Shown here in pieces: positions 1 through 12,974 of a stretch of 64,000 bases of DNA. Numbering within the stretch: the stretch's first letter is position 1; each line of letters opens with the position of its first letter. The notes below the pieces were generated by a model. That model made no database searches. It was not told the DNA's origin and saw only the letters and a list, made by a program, of their open reading frames with translations. Position numbers and translations under genes: made by a program. The stretch comes from Malacoraja senta. Taxonomy: Eukaryota. The stretch is taken from contig CM075998.1 of NCBI GenBank assembly GCA_038087875.1, forward strand, positions 62,001-126,000. The letters run 5' to 3'.

Positions 1-616
1 AGGAGCAGGGAGGTTCTACTGCAGTTGTACAGGGTCTTGGTGAGACCACACCTGGAGTATTGCGTACAGTTTTGGTCTCCAAATCTGAGGAAGGACATTA
101 TAGCCATAGAGGGAGTGCAGAGAAGGTTCACCAGACTGATTCCTGGGATGTCAGGACTTTCATATGAAGAAAGACTGGATAGACTTGGCTTATACTCGCT
201 AGAATTTAGGAGATTGAGAGGGGATCTTATAGAAACGTACACAATTCTTATGGGGTTGGACAGGCTAGATGCAGGAAGATTGTTCCCGATGTTGGGGAAG
301 TCCAGGACAAGGGGTCACAGCTTAAGGATAAGGGGGAAATCCTTTAAGACCGAGATGAGGAAAAACTTTTTCACACAGAGTGGTGAATCTCTGGAACTCT
401 CTGCCACAGAGGGTAGTTGAGGCCAGTTCATTGGCTATATTTAAGAGGGAGTTAGATGTGGCCCTTGTGGCTAAAGGCATCAGGGGGTATGGAGAGAAGG
501 CAGGTACGGGATACTGAGTTGGATGATCAGCCATGATCATATTGAATGGCGGTGCAGGCTCGAAGGGCCGAATGGCCTACTCCTGCACCTATTTTCTATT
601 TATCTATGTATCTATG
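1..616 (+). mobile_element. CR1 LINE 3' portion (RT C-terminus, 3' UTR, 8-bp microsatellite tail)
   Basis: ORF 25-420 ([18 protein letters not shown]...RRLRGDLIE) is the typical CR1 ORF2 C-terminus. It ends in GGCCTACTCCTGCACCTATTTTC plus a (TATGTATC)-type tail. Confidence 0.95.
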
Positions 617-958
617 CAGGAAAAATGTTCCTCATGTTGGGCGAGTCCAGAACCAGGGGCCACAGTCTTAGAATAAAGGGAAAGCCATTTAAGACTGAGG
701 TGAGAAAAAAACTTTCCCACCCAGAGAGTTGTGAATCTGTGGAATTCCCTGCCACAGAGGGCAGTGGAGGCCAAATCAATGGATGGATTTAAGAGAGAGT
801 TAGATAGAGCTCTAGGGGCTGGTGGAATCAAGGGATATGGGGAGAAGGCAGGCACGGGTTATTGATTGGGGACGATCAGCCATGATCACAATGAATGGCA
901 GTGCTGGCTCGAAGGGCCAAATGGCCTCCTCCTGCACCTATTTTCTATGTTTCTATGT
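615..958 (+). mobile_element. CR1 LINE 3' end, second subfamily
   Basis: Encodes GKMF.MLGESRTRGHSLRIKG...; 3' end is CCTCCTGCACCTATTTTCTATGTTTCTATG. Confidence 0.9.
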
Positions 959-1901
959 AATTTATATTACATTATATGATATATAGTAGCATAACAAGCA
1001 GTTTCCCACTGCTACACAGGTGGGTTTAAACTAAATATTGTGGGGAGGAGATAAACTGGAGATATAAGGATGGAGTTAAAGGGAAAGTGAGTGTAAGAAA
1101 AGTTAAGAAAGACACCAGAATTAACGGGGCAGAAAGCTCAGGAAGCGATAGGAGAGTATGGTCAAGTGAAATAGGAATTGATGTGAAAGCTGAGGAGTGT
1201 AATGGATTAAATATATTATATATGAATGCACAAGATAAAGAAATAAAATGGATGAGCTTGAGGCTCAGTTAGAAACTGGCAAGTATGATGTTGTGGGAAT
1301 TATTGAGACAAGGCTACAAGAGGGTCAGGGCAGGGAACTGAATATTGAACGGTATACGTCCTATTGAAAAGACAGACAGGTGGGCAGAGGGGGTGGGGTA
1401 GCTCTGTTGGTGAGGATTGAAATTCAGTCCCTTGCGAGGGGTGACATAGAAACAGGAGATGTGGAGTCAGTATGGATAGAACTAAGGAATTGTAAGGATA
1501 AAAAGACCCTAATGGGAGTTATCTACAGGCCCCCAAACAGTAGCCTGGACATATGGTGCAAGTTGAATCAGGAGTTAAAATTGGCATGTAGCAAAGGTAA
1601 TGCTGTGGTTGTTATGGGAGATTTCAACAGGCAGGTAGACTGGGACAATCAGGTTTGTACTGGACCCCGAGAAAGGGACTTTGTAGAGTGTCTTCGTGAT
1701 GGATTCTTAGAGAAGCTTGTATTGGTTGAGTTGACATTCAGTCAAAGTTGACTGGAAAGATACCCTAGCAGGGATGACAGTGGAACAACAATGGCAGGTA
1801 TTTCTGGGAAGGTGCAGGATCGGTGCATTCCAAAGAGGAAGAAACATTCCTAGGGGATTAAGGGGTGACCTTGGCTGACAAGGGACATCAAAGACAGACA
1901 G

Positions 1902-2358
1902 TGTAGAGACAGTCTTTATGACATCTCAAGGTTTTAGCCCTCGATAGTCACTAATATGCTGGCTATGGGTCTTACACATTCCACGAGCTCAAAATGAGAC
2001 ATTCAAAGCCGTCAAAAGATGAGTATTCCAGAAACACTCTTGATTAATAGTTTCTTTATTGTAGTAGGTCAAAACAGTAAAGTCACATAAAAACTTCTTC
2101 TTGTATGAGTACATCATCTTCCAGCATATATACATTTCAATCATACTCGTGATCATGTCGTGATCATGCTCGTGATCATGGTCGAAAACTATAACTTCCC
2201 ATAGTCTTTACCGAACTAAACTAAGCCATCTGGGCGTCTGCACCAGAATCCTAGCCACAGACTACGTAAAAATCTCAGCCACATAAATACAGGCAGATAA
2301 AATTAAAGGTAATTGGATATAATTATAATATACTGAGTTGAGCTAAATGGCTACTGCA
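1902..2358 (-). mobile_element. Possible solo LTR inserted in CR1
   Basis: A ~457 bp non-CR1 segment bounded by TG...CA. The minus strand has a TATA-like motif (~2125) and AATAAA (~2055-2060), and there are three tandem CGTGATCATG. No TSD is visible and the flanking CR1 is deleted. Confidence 0.35.
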
Positions 2359-3276
2359 AACTTTGGATCCGTCTACACTAAGGAGGACACAAACAATCTT
2401 CCCAATATACTAGTGGCTAGAGAATCTGGGGTGACAGAGGAACTGAATGAAATCCACATTAGGCAGGAAATGGTGTTGGATAGACTGATGGGACTGAAGG
2501 CTGATAAATCCCCAGGGCCTGATGGTCTGCATCCCAGGGTACTTAAGGAAGTGGCTCTAGAAATCGTGGATGCACAGTATTCATTTTCCAATGTTCTATA
2601 GATTCAGGATCAATTCCTGTGGATTGGAGGGTAGCTAATGATATCCCACTTTTTAAGAAAGGCGGGAGAGAGAAAACAGGGAATTATAGACCAGTTAGCC
2701 TGACATCAGTGGTGGGGAAGATGCTGGAGTCAATTATAAAAGATGAAATAGTGGCGCATTGGGATAGCAGTAACATGATCGGTACAAGTCAGCATGGATT
2801 TATGAAGAGGAAATCATGCTTGTCTAATCTTCTGGAAATTTATTGAGGATGTAACTAGGAAAATGGACAAGGGAGAGCCAGTGGATGTAGTGTACCTGGA
2901 CTTTCAGAAAGCATTTGATAAGGTCCCACATAGGAGAATAGTGGGCAGAATTAGGGCACATGGTATTGGGGGTAGAGTGCTGACATGGATAGAAAAGTGG
3001 TTGGCAGACAGGAAACAAAGAGTAGGGATTAACGGGTCCCTTTCAGAATGGCAGGCAGTGACTAGTGGGGAACCGCAAGGTTCGGTGCTGGGACCACAGC
3101 TATTTACAATATACATCAATGATTTAGATGAAGGGATTCAAAGTAACATTAGCAAATTTGCAGATGACACAAAGCTGGGTGGCAGTGTGAACTGTGAGGA
3201 GGATGCTATGAGAATGCAGGGTGACTTGGACAGGTTGGGGGAGTGGGCAGATGCATGGCAGATGAAGTTTAATGCA

Positions 3277-4136
3277 GATAAGATAAGATAAGATACATTT
3301 ATTGTCACATGTACCAATTGGTCCAGTGAAATGTGTGGTCGCCATACAGCCATACGAATAATAAAAAGCACAGAACACGATAGTTTTTAACACAGACATC
3401 ACCACACAGCGGGATCAAATTCCCACTATGAGGGAAGGCTCCAAAAATTCAGTCATCCTCCTCTGTTGTCCTCCCGTGGTCGGGGGGCTCCCGAACCCCC
3501 CACTGTCGCTGCTACGGGCGGCCCGATGTTCAAGCCCGCTCGCCGGGGTGATGGAGGTCCGACGTCAGGACTGGAGTACCTCCTCAGCAGCTTGGACATC
3601 CACGTCGGGCACCTCCTACCGGAGTCTGCGGCTCCCGAAATCCACAGGCCGCACTGGGCGGAGATTCAACGTTGGCGGCCCTCGGCAAAGGGCCCCAGGA
3701 CTCAGCGATGTTGTTCAGCGCCGGCCGCGTTGGAAGCTCTCCCAAACCACAGCTCCGTGGTGTTGGAGCAGCGGCCCAACGCTCCGGAGATCCAAATGGC
3801 GATCCAGGTGAGGCATCACCCGCTCCGCTCCGCGGTGACTCCAGCGCTGCGCCGCTGCTGTTGAAGCTCTGGTCCAGTCCCCGGCAGGAAAGGCTGCTCC
3901 AATCCAGGTGGTAGGCCCCGAGGAGGGGGGCGAGGACGCGACACAGAGAAATAGTCGCGTCCTCGCCAGGAAACGACTGGGAAACAGTTTCCCTCTTACC
4001 CTACCTCCCTCCCCCACATAGAAAAGTTAAAGGAATCCCCAAAACAAACTTTAAAACTGACTAAAAATAAAAAAAAGATTGAAAAACTAACAGACTGTAG
4101 GCAGAGGCTGCCTTCAATGCGGCGCCCCTAGTGGCT
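3277..4136 (-). mobile_element. GC/CpG-rich non-autonomous non-LTR retroelement with AATAAA and (TATCT)n tail
   Basis: Interrupts the CR1 RT at the FNADK|CEVIHFG junction. Degenerate duplication AATGCAGATAA (3271-3281) / AATGTGGCTAA (4138-4148). Its 3' end resembles the insert at 27,484-27,633. Confidence 0.6.
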
Positions 4137-4275
4137 GAATGTGGCTAAATGTGAGGTTATCCACTTTGGTGGCAAAAACAGGAAGGCAGATTATTATCTA
4201 AATGGTGTCAAGTTGGGAAAAGGGGAAGTACAGCGGGAGTCCTTGTTCATCAGTCATTGAAAGTAAGCGTGCAGG

Positions 4276-4312
4276 TAGATAGATAGATTCCTTTATTCTC
4301 ATTCAGACCTTT
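4276..4312 (-). mobile_element. Very short 5'-truncated retroelement 3' stub (AATAAA plus (TCTA)n)
   Basis: A ~35 bp insert splitting the CR1 sequence GCAGGTA|CAGCAGG. The minus strand reads ...GAATAAAGGAATCTATCTATCTA. Confidence 0.5.
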
Positions 4313-4476
4313 CAGCAGGAAGTGAAGAAAGCCAATGACATGTTCGCCTTCATAACAAGAGGAGTTGAGTATATTAACAAAGAGGTCCTTCTGCAGTTGT
4401 ACAGGGCCCTGGTGAGACCACACCTGGAGTATTGTGTGCAGTTTTGGTCCCCTCGTTTGAGGAAGGACATTCTTGC

Positions 4477-7058
4477 TATTGTGGGGATTACTGAGACGTG
4501 GCTGCAGGAGGATCGGGCCTGGGAACTTAATATTCAGGGTTATACATCCTATAGAAAGGACAGGCAGATGAGCAGAGGAGGGGGGATAGCTCTGCTGGTG
4601 AGGGATGGAATTCAGTCCATTGCGAGGGAAGACATAGGTTCTGATGAGGTAGAATCACTGTGGATTGAGTTGAGGAATTGTAAAGGCAAGAAGACACTAA
4701 TTGGTGTTATTTACCGACCCCCAAACAGTAGCCTGGATGTAGGGTACAAGTTGCAGCAGGAGTTAAAACTGGCATGTAACAAAGGTAATGCCACTGTGGT
4801 GATGGTGGATTTCAATATGCAGGTAGACTGGGAAAATCAGGTTGGTTCAGGACCCCAAGAAAGAGAGTTTGTAGAGTGCCTCCGAGATGGATTCTTAGAG
4901 CAGCTTGTAATGGAGGCGACCAGAGAAAAGGCAATTCTGGATTTAGTGTTGTCCAATGAACCAGATATGATAAGAGAACTCGAGCTAAAGGAGGTAGTGA
5001 TCATAATATGATTAGTTTTAATCTGCAATTTGAGAAGGAGAATGTTAAATCGGAAGTGGCAGTGATGCAGTTGAACAAAGGGGACTATGAAGGCATGAGA
5101 GGGGAGCTGGCCAAAGTAGACTGGAAAGGGATCCTAGCAGAAATGACGGTGGAACAGCAATGGCAGGAATTTCTGGGCATAATCTGAAAGACGCAGGATC
5201 ATTTCATTCCAAAAAGGAAGAAAGATTCTAAGGGGAGTAGGAGGCAACCGTGGCTGTCGAGAAGTTACGGATAGAATAAAATTAAAAGAAAAGATGAAAA
5301 ACACAGCAAAGAGTAGCTGGATGTCAGAGGAATGGGAAACTTTCATAGGACAACAGAAGGAAACAAAAACGGGCAATACGGGCTGAAAAGATGAAGTCTG
5401 AAGGGAAGCTGGCCAGGAATATAAAGAAGGACAGTAAAAGCTTCTTTAGATATGTTAAGGGAAAAATAGTAGCAAAGTCAAATGTGGGTCCCTTGAAGGC
5501 AGACACGGGTGAAATTATTATGGGCAACAAGGAAATGGCAGAAGAGTTGAATAGGTACTTCGGATCTGTCTTCACTAAGGAAGACACAAACAATCTCCCA
5601 GAAGAATCTAAGGCGGTAGAGGAACTGAAAGAGATTTTCATTAGGCGAGAAATAGTATTGGGTAGGCTAATGGGACTGAAGGATGATAAATCCCCTGGGC
5701 CTGATGGTCTGCATCCCAGGGTCCTCAGGGATGTGGCTCTAGAAATAGTGGACGCATTGGTGATCATTTTCCAATGTTCAATAGATTCAGGATCAGTTCC
5801 TGTGGATTGGAGGATAGCTAATGTTATCTCACTTTCAAGAAAGGAGCGAGAGAGAAAACGGGGAATTTTATACCAGTAGGCCTGACTTCGGTGGTGGGAA
5901 AGATGCTGGAGTCAATTATTAAAGAGGTAATAATGGGGCATTTGGATAGCAGTAAAAGGATTAGTCCAAGTCAACATGGATTTATGTAAGGGAAATCATG
6001 CTCGACTAATCTTCTGGAATGTTTTGAGGATGTGACAAGTAAAACGGATGAAGGGGTGCCAGTGGATGTAGTGTATCTAGACTTTCAGAAAGCCTTTGAT
6101 AAGGTCCCGCACGGGAGACTGGTGGCTAAAATTAGAGAACATGGTATTGGGGGTAGGGTGTTGACATGGATAGAAAATTTGTTGGCAGACTGGAAGCAAA
6201 GAGTAGGAGTGAACGGGTCCTTTTCAGAATGGCAGGCAGTGACGAGTGGAGTGCCGCAAGGCTCGGTGTTGGGGCCACAACGGTTTACCATATATATTAA
6301 TGATTTGGAAGAGGGAATTAGGAGCAACACTAGCAAGTTTGTGGATGACACAGTGTGAACTGTGAAGACGATGTTAGGAGGTTGCAGCGTGACCTGGACA
6401 GGTTGTGTGAGTGGACAGATGCGTGGCAGATGCAATAGAATATAGATAAATGTGAGGTTATCCACTTTGGTGACAAAAACAAGGGGGCAGATTATTATCT
6501 CAATGGGGTTAGGTTAGGTAAGGGGGAGGTGCAGCGAGACCTGGGCGTACTTGTAAACCAGTCACTGAAAGTTGGCTTACAGGTACAGCAGGCAGTGAAG
6601 TAAGCTAATGGAATGTTGTCCTTCATAATAAGAGGATTTCAGACTAGGAGTAAAGAGGTTCTTCTGCAGTTGTATAGGGCTCTTGTATGACCACACCTGG
6701 AGTATTGTGTACAGTTTTGGTCTCCTAATTTGAGGAAGGGTGTCCTTTTGATTGAGGCAGTGCAGCGTAGGTTCACGAGATTGATCCCTGGGATGGCGGG
6801 ACTGTCATATGAGGAAAGATTGAAAAGACAAGGCTTGTATTCACAGGAGTTTAGAAGGATGAGGGGAGATCTTATAGAAACATATAAAATTATAAAAGGA
6901 CTGGACAAGCTAGATGCAGGAAAAATGTTCCCAATGTTGGGCGAGACCAGAACCAGGGGCCACAGTCTTAGAATAAAGGGGAGGCCATTTAAGACCGAGG
7001 TGAGAAAAAACATTTTCACCCAGAGAGTTGTGAATTTGTGGAATTCCCTGCCACAGAG
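4477..7058 (+). mobile_element. CR1 ORF2 (APE + RT), disrupted, 3' end lost
   Basis: IVGITETWLQ, YRPP, ILDLVLSNE (APE); [31 protein letters not shown]. Several stops and frameshifts. Confidence 0.92.
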
Positions 7059-7063
7059 TTAGA

Positions 7064-10000
7064 TGCACCGCCATTCAATATGATCATGGCTGATCATCCA
7101 ACTCAGTATCCTGTACCTGCATTCTCTCCATACCCCCTGATCCCTTTAGCCACAAGGGCCACATCTAACTCCCCCTTAAATATAGCCAATGAACTGGCCT
7201 CAACTACCCTCTGTGGCAGAGAGTTCCAGAGATTCACCACTCTCTGTGTGAAAAAAAGTTTTTTTCATCTCAGTCCTAAACGATTTCCCCTTTATCCTTA
7301 AACTGTGACCCCTTGTCCTGGACTTCCCCAACATCGGGAACAATCTTCCTGCATCTAACCTGTCCAACCCTTTAAGAATTTTGTAAGTTTCTATAAGATC
7401 CCCCCTCAATCTCCTAAATTCTAGCGAGTACAAGCCGAGTCTATCCAGTCTTTCTTCATATGAAAGTCCTGACATCCCAGGAATCAGTCTGGTGAACCTT
7501 CTCTGTACTCCCTCTATGGCAAGAATGTCCTTCCTCAGATTTGGAGCCCAAAACTGTACGCAATACTCCAGGTGTGGTCTCACCAAGACCCTGTACAACT
7601 GCAGTAGAACCTACCTGCTCCTATACTCAAATCCTTTTGCTATGAATGCTAACATACCATTCACTTTCTTCACTGCCTGCTGCACCTACATGCCTACTTT
7701 CAATGACTGGTGTACCATGACACCCAGATCTCGTTGCATCTCCCCTTTTCCTAATCGCCCACCATTTAGATAATAGTCTACTTTCCTGTTTTTGCCACTA
7801 AAGTGGATAACCTCACATTTATCCACATTATACTGCACCTGCCATGCATTTGCCCACTCACCCAGCCTATCCAAGTCACCTTGCAGCCTCCTAGCATCCT
7901 CCTCACAGCTAACACTGCCCCCCAGCTTAGTGTCATCCGCAAACTTGGAGATGTTGCATTCAATTCCATCGTCCAAATCATTAATATATATTGTAAATAG
8001 CTGGGGTCCCACCACAGCCTTGCGGTACCACACTAGTCACTGCCTGCCATTGTGAAAAGGACCTGTTTACTCCTACTCTTTGCTTCCTGTTTGCCAGCCA
8101 GTTTTCTATCCACATCAATACTGAACACCCAATACTGTGTGCTTTAAGTATGTATACTAATCTCTTATGTGGGACCTTGTCGAAAGCCTTCTGAAAGTCC
8201 AGATATAACACATCCACTGGTTCTCCCTTATCCACTCTACTAGTTACATCCTCGAAAAATTCTATAAGATTCGTCAGACATGATTAACCTTTCATAAATC
8301 CATGCTGACTTTGTCCAATGATTTCACCACTTTCCAAATGTGCTGCTATCCCATCTTTAATAACTGACTCTAGCAGTTTCCCCACTACCGATGTTAGACT
8401 AACTGGTCTGTAATTCTCTGTTTTCTCTCTCCCTGCCTTTTTAAAAAGTGGGGTTACATTAGCTACCCTCCAATCCTCAGGAACTACTCCAGAATCTAAA
8501 GAGTTTTGAAAAATTATCATTAATGCATCCACTATTTCTGGAGCTACTTCCTTAAATACTCTGGGCTGCAGCCTATCTGGCCCTGGGGATTTATCGGCCT
8601 TTAATCCATTCAATTTACCTAACACCACTTCCCGGCTCACCTGGATTTCACTCAGTTCCTCCATCTCCTTTGACCCGCGGTCCCCTGCTATTTCCGGCAG
8701 ATTATTTATGTCTTCCTTAGTGAAGACAGACCCAAAGTAGTTATTCAATTGGTCTGCCATGTCCTTGTTCCCCATGATCAATTCACCTGTTTCTGATTGC
8801 AAGGGACCTACATTTGTTTTAACTAATCTCTTTCCCTTCACATATCTATAAAAACTTTTGCAGTCAGTTTTAATGTTCCCTGCCAGTTTTCTTTCATAAT
8901 CTATTTTCCATTTCCTAATTAAGCCCTTTGTCCTCCTCTGCTGGTCTCTGAATTTTTCCCAGTCCTCTGGTCGGCTGCTTTTTCTGGCTAATTTGTACGC
9001 TTCATCTTTTGCTTTGATACTATCCCTGATTTCCCTTGTTATCCACGGATGCACTATCTTCCCTGATTTATTCTTTTGCCAAACTGGGATGAACAATTGT
9101 TGTAGTTCATCCATGCAGCCTTTAAATGCCTTCCATTGTATATCCACCGTCAACCCTTTAAGAATCAATTGCCAGTCTATCTTGGCCAATTCACGTCTCA
9201 TACCCTCAAAGTTACCTTTCTTTAAGTTCAGAACCGTTGTTTCTGAATTAACAATGTCACTCTCCATCCTAATGAAGAAAACCATATTATGGTCACTCTT
9301 GCCCAAGGGGGCACGTACAACAAGACTGCTAACTAACCCTTCCTCATTACTCAATACCCAGTCTAGAATAGCCTGCTCTCTCGTTGGTTCCTCTACATGT
9401 TGGTTTAGATAACTATCCCGCATACATTCCAAGAAATCCTCTTCCTCAGCACCCCTGCCAATTTGATTCACCCAATATATATGTAGATTGAAGTCACCCA
9501 TTATAACTGTTTTGCCTTTGTCGCACGCATTTCTAATTTCCTGTTTGATGCCATCCCCAACTCCACTACTACTGTTAGGTGGCCTGTACACAACACCCAC
9601 TAGCGTTTTCTGCCCCTTAGTGTTTCGCAGCTCTACCCATATCGATTCCACATCCTCCAAGCTAATGTCCTTCTTTTCCACTGCGTTAATCTCCTCTCTA
9701 ACCAGCAACGCTACCCCACCTCCTTTTCCTTTCTCTCTATCCCTCCTGAATATTGAATATCCCTGGATGTTCAGCTCCCAGCCTTGGTCACCCTGGAGCT
9801 ATGTCTCCGTGATCCCAACTATATCATAATCATTAATTGCTATCTGCACATTCAACTCATCCACCTTATTATGAATGCTCCTTGCATTGAGACACAAAGC
9901 CTTCAGGCTTGTTTTTACAATGCTCTTACCCCTTATACAATTATGTTGAAAAGTGGCCCTGTTTGATTTTTGCTCTGGATTGGTCTGCCTACCATGTTTA

Positions 10001-11300
10001 CTTTTCACCTTGCTACCTATTGCTTTTACCCCCATTTTACACCCCTCTGTCTCTGCTCACACATTTAAGAAACCCACCACCACTTATTCTCTGTTTATTA
10101 TCTTTTTCTTCTTTCCCCCCTACATGTTGGCTCTGAGTGCTTCCCTTCTCTGCCTCCTGCCTCACACATTTTCTACTAGCTTTCTCTATTTGAGTCCCCC
10201 CCCCCCCCCAACCGTTCTAGTTTAAAGTCTTCCCAGTAGCCTTTGCAAATCTCTCCGCCAGGATATTGGTCCCCCTCAGGTTCAAGTGCAACTCATCCTT
10301 TTTGTACAGGTCGCACCTTCCACAAAAGAGGTTCCAATGATCCAGAAATTTGAATCCCTGCCCGCTGCACCAGTTCCTCAGCCATGCATTTATCCTCCAC
10401 CTCACTCCATTCCTACTCTCACTGTCGTGTGGCACAGGTAATAATCCTGAGATTGTTACCTTTGCTGTCCTTCTCTTTAACTCCCCTCCTAACTCCCTAA
10501 ATTCTCCTTTCAGGACCACCTCTCTTTTTCTACCTATGTCATTGGTGCCTATATGTATCACGACCTCGGGCTCCTCTCCCTCCCCTTTCAGGATATCTTG
10601 GACACGTTCAGACACATCCCAGACCCTGGCACCAGGGAGGCAAACTACCATCCGGGTCTCCTGACTGCATCCACAGAATCGCCTATCTGACCCCCTAACT
10701 ATAGAGTCCCCTATTAGTATTGCCCTCCTCTTCTTTTCCTTACCCTTCTGAGCAACAGGGCCGGTCTCTGTACCGGAGGCCTGACCGCTGTTGCTACCCC
10801 CAGGTAGGCTGTCCCTCCCAACAGTTCTCAAACAGGAATACTTATTGTCAAGGTGTACAGCCACCGGGGTACTCTAGTCCCTGCCTCTGCCCCTTGCCCT
10901 TCCTAACCGTGACCCACTTGCCTGCCTCCTGTGGTCTTGGAGTGACCACCTCTCTATAACTCCCCTCTATGACCTCCTCACTCTCCTTGACCAGACAGAG
11001 TTCATCGAGCTGCTGCTCCAGGTTCCTAATATGGTCCCTTAGAAGCCCCATCTCAATGCACCTGGCGCAGATGTGGATGTCTGGAAGGCTATCAGATTCC
11101 TTGACCTCCCATTTGTGACATCCAGAACAGTAAACTGCCCTGGCCCTCATTCTCCCCCCTTACCCTGGATACAATACAAAGTGCTGGAAGAAATCAACAG
11201 GAATCTGATTCCCAATCAGCTGCTTCCTCTTTTCCACTTCCACCAATCAGCGGCTTCCTCAAGCCCACTTGTTTTGAAATGCGAATGGAACTTGGAACGT
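7064..11300 (-). mobile_element. Near full-length CR1 LINE (5' UTR, ORF1, ORF2), decayed
   Basis: Collinear ORF fragments at 10848-11150, 10217-10864, 9799-10035, 8284-9708, 7981-8235, 7686-8033 and 7200-7598. The 3' tail is deleted at the junction with the opposing CR1. Confidence 0.93.
10217..11150 (-). pseudogene. CR1 ORF1: CxxC...CxxC zinc finger, coiled coil and SGNH/GDSL esterase domain; one frameshift near 10,855
   Basis: CSGC...CARC, LRDHIRNLEQQL, and the SGNH blocks IGDSIVRG, HIGTND and DELHL, as known for esterase-type CR1 ORF1. Confidence 0.88.
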
Positions 11301-11305
11301 TGGAT

Positions 11306-11981
11306 TAGAAACATAGAAACATAGACAATAGGTGCAGGAGTAGAGGCCATTCGGCCCTTCGAGCCTGCACCGCCATTCAATATGATCATGGCTGATCATC
11401 CAACTCAGTATCCTGTACCTGCCTTCTCTCCATACCTCCTGATCCCTTTAGCCACAAGGGCCACATCTAACTCCCTCTTAAATATAGCCAATGAACTGGC
11501 CTCAACTACCCTCTGTGGCAAAGAATTCCACAGATTCACCACTCCCTGTGTGTTTTCTCATCTCTGTCCTAAAGGATTTCCCCTCTATCCTTAAAATGTG
11601 ACCCCTTGTTCTGGACTTCCCCAACATCGGGAACAATCTTCCTGCATCTAGCCTGTCCAACCCCTTAAGAATTTTGTAAGTTTCTATAAGATCCCCTCTC
11701 AATCTTCTAAATTCTAGCGAGTACATGCCGAGTCTATCCAGTCTTTCTTCATATGAAAGTCCTGCCATCCCAGGAATCAGTCTGGTGAACCTTCTCTGTA
11801 CTCCCTCTATGGCAAGAATATATTTCCTCAGATTAGGAAACCAAAACTGTACACAATACTCCAGGTGTGGTCTCACCAAGACCCTGTACAACTGCAGTAG
11901 AACCTCCCTGCTCCTATACTCAAATCCTCTTGCTATGAATGCTAACATACCATTCTCTTTCTTCACTGCCTGCTGCACCTT
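11306..11981 (-). mobile_element. CR1 3' fragment with (TATGTTTC)n tail
   Basis: ORF 11502-11990 is CR1 RT C-terminus. The tail reads AGAAACATAGAAACATAG on the plus strand. Confidence 0.92.
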
Positions 11982-12579
11982 CTGAGCCACACTCGTATAT
12001 AGTCAGTGCCGATGGCCGCACCTACTGGCATAACAGACAACATATCCTGCCTGTGAACGAGCCAGTTCCTCCTCCGTATAATCAGACCGTACTAGTGCAC
12101 TTCCGTCTGTGTCTAGCGGCACTCTTCCACCAATACCAACACAACAACCCATGTCTGCAATGGCTCAACTGCCAGTGGCGACTTCGCCTGCACCACAGTC
12201 TCTTGCTTCATCTCCAGGAATGCTGGTTCAGTCTCCCTCACCTGTGAAGCCACCTGCTCTGTCCAGGGGGGGGAAGAATGGAGATGGTCTTTATCGTACA
12301 TGTGCTGGTCGGTAGCCGGTTGTGAAGTATCCGGGCTACGTTTGACTTTCCTCAATTATTATGCATGCCTTAGTTAGTTAATGGTTTTGTACTGATGTTT
12401 AATTCTTTAAGAGGGAGGATGTAGATCAGTGTCACTCATGTTATGAGTCATACTATGTAGCTAAGCCCACTAGTTTAATAAAAGCTTCCCTGCCTTGTTC
12501 TCACACTATGAACATTAATAAGGTCTTTGGACCTTAATCACGGTGTGAGTTTGGTTATTCCAATAGCATAATCACAACA
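11982..12579 (+). mobile_element. Gypsy LTR retrotransposon 3' end: integrase C-terminus, PPT and short 3' LTR
   Basis: EPHSYIVSADGRTYWHNRQHI resembles the Gypsy integrase-tail PRSY...RRNRRHL motif. PPT AAGAGGGAGGA (12409-12419) abuts a TGTAG...ACAACA LTR (12420-12579) containing AATAAA. Confidence 0.75.
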
Positions 12580-12903
12580 ACCTCCGATTCCAAAGGTAAT
12601 CTAGACATGGCATCAGCATTGCTGTGCTCTGCTGCCTTACGATACCGAATATCATACTGGTTTGCAGACAATATCAATGCCCATCTTTGCATTCTGGCTG
12701 CTGCCAGAGTAGGTATGTGTGCTTTTGGATTTAGGATCACTGTCAATGGCTGGTGATCTGTCTCGATTACAAACCTTCTACCATACAAGTATTTGTGAAA
12801 CCACCTAACACCAAAAATGAATGCAAGAGCCTCTCACTCTATTTGCACATAATGTCTCTCACTAGCACTGAGTGTTGTAGACACTAATGATATTGGCCTC
12901 TCC
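12580..12903 (-). mobile_element. Gypsy pol RNase H fragment
   Basis: ERPIS.VS.TLSASERHY.QIE*EALA.IFGV..FHKYLYGRRF.IETDHQPL...RMQRWAL.L...NADAMSRLP. Confidence 0.9.
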
Positions 12904-12974
12904 TTGAATGGCGGTGCAGGCTCGAAAGGCTGAATGGCCTACTCCTGCACCTATTTTCTATGTTTCTATGTTTC
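12904..12974 (+). mobile_element. CR1 extreme 3' stub
   Basis: TTGAATGGCGGTGCAGGCTCGAA...CCTATTTTCTATGTTTCTATGTTTCT. Confidence 0.85.

Larger units (their letters stand above)
1000..4481 (+). mobile_element. Decayed 5'-truncated CR1 (end of ORF1, APE endonuclease, RT), interrupted by three insertions
   Basis: GLNILYMNA, GRGGGVALL, YRPP and MGDFN (APE); [36 protein letters not shown] and FADD (RT). Contains stops, frameshifts and deletions. Confidence 0.9.

Noticed and set aside
3428..4017. Overlapping 80-130 aa ORFs in the GC-rich insert
   Set aside because: Expected by chance at high GC content; no recognisable motifs.
4119..4137. CTCF-like motif CCACTAGGGGCGCC on the minus strand
   Set aside because: It is one base short of the CCASYAGRKGGCRS core, so the key GGC is out of register.
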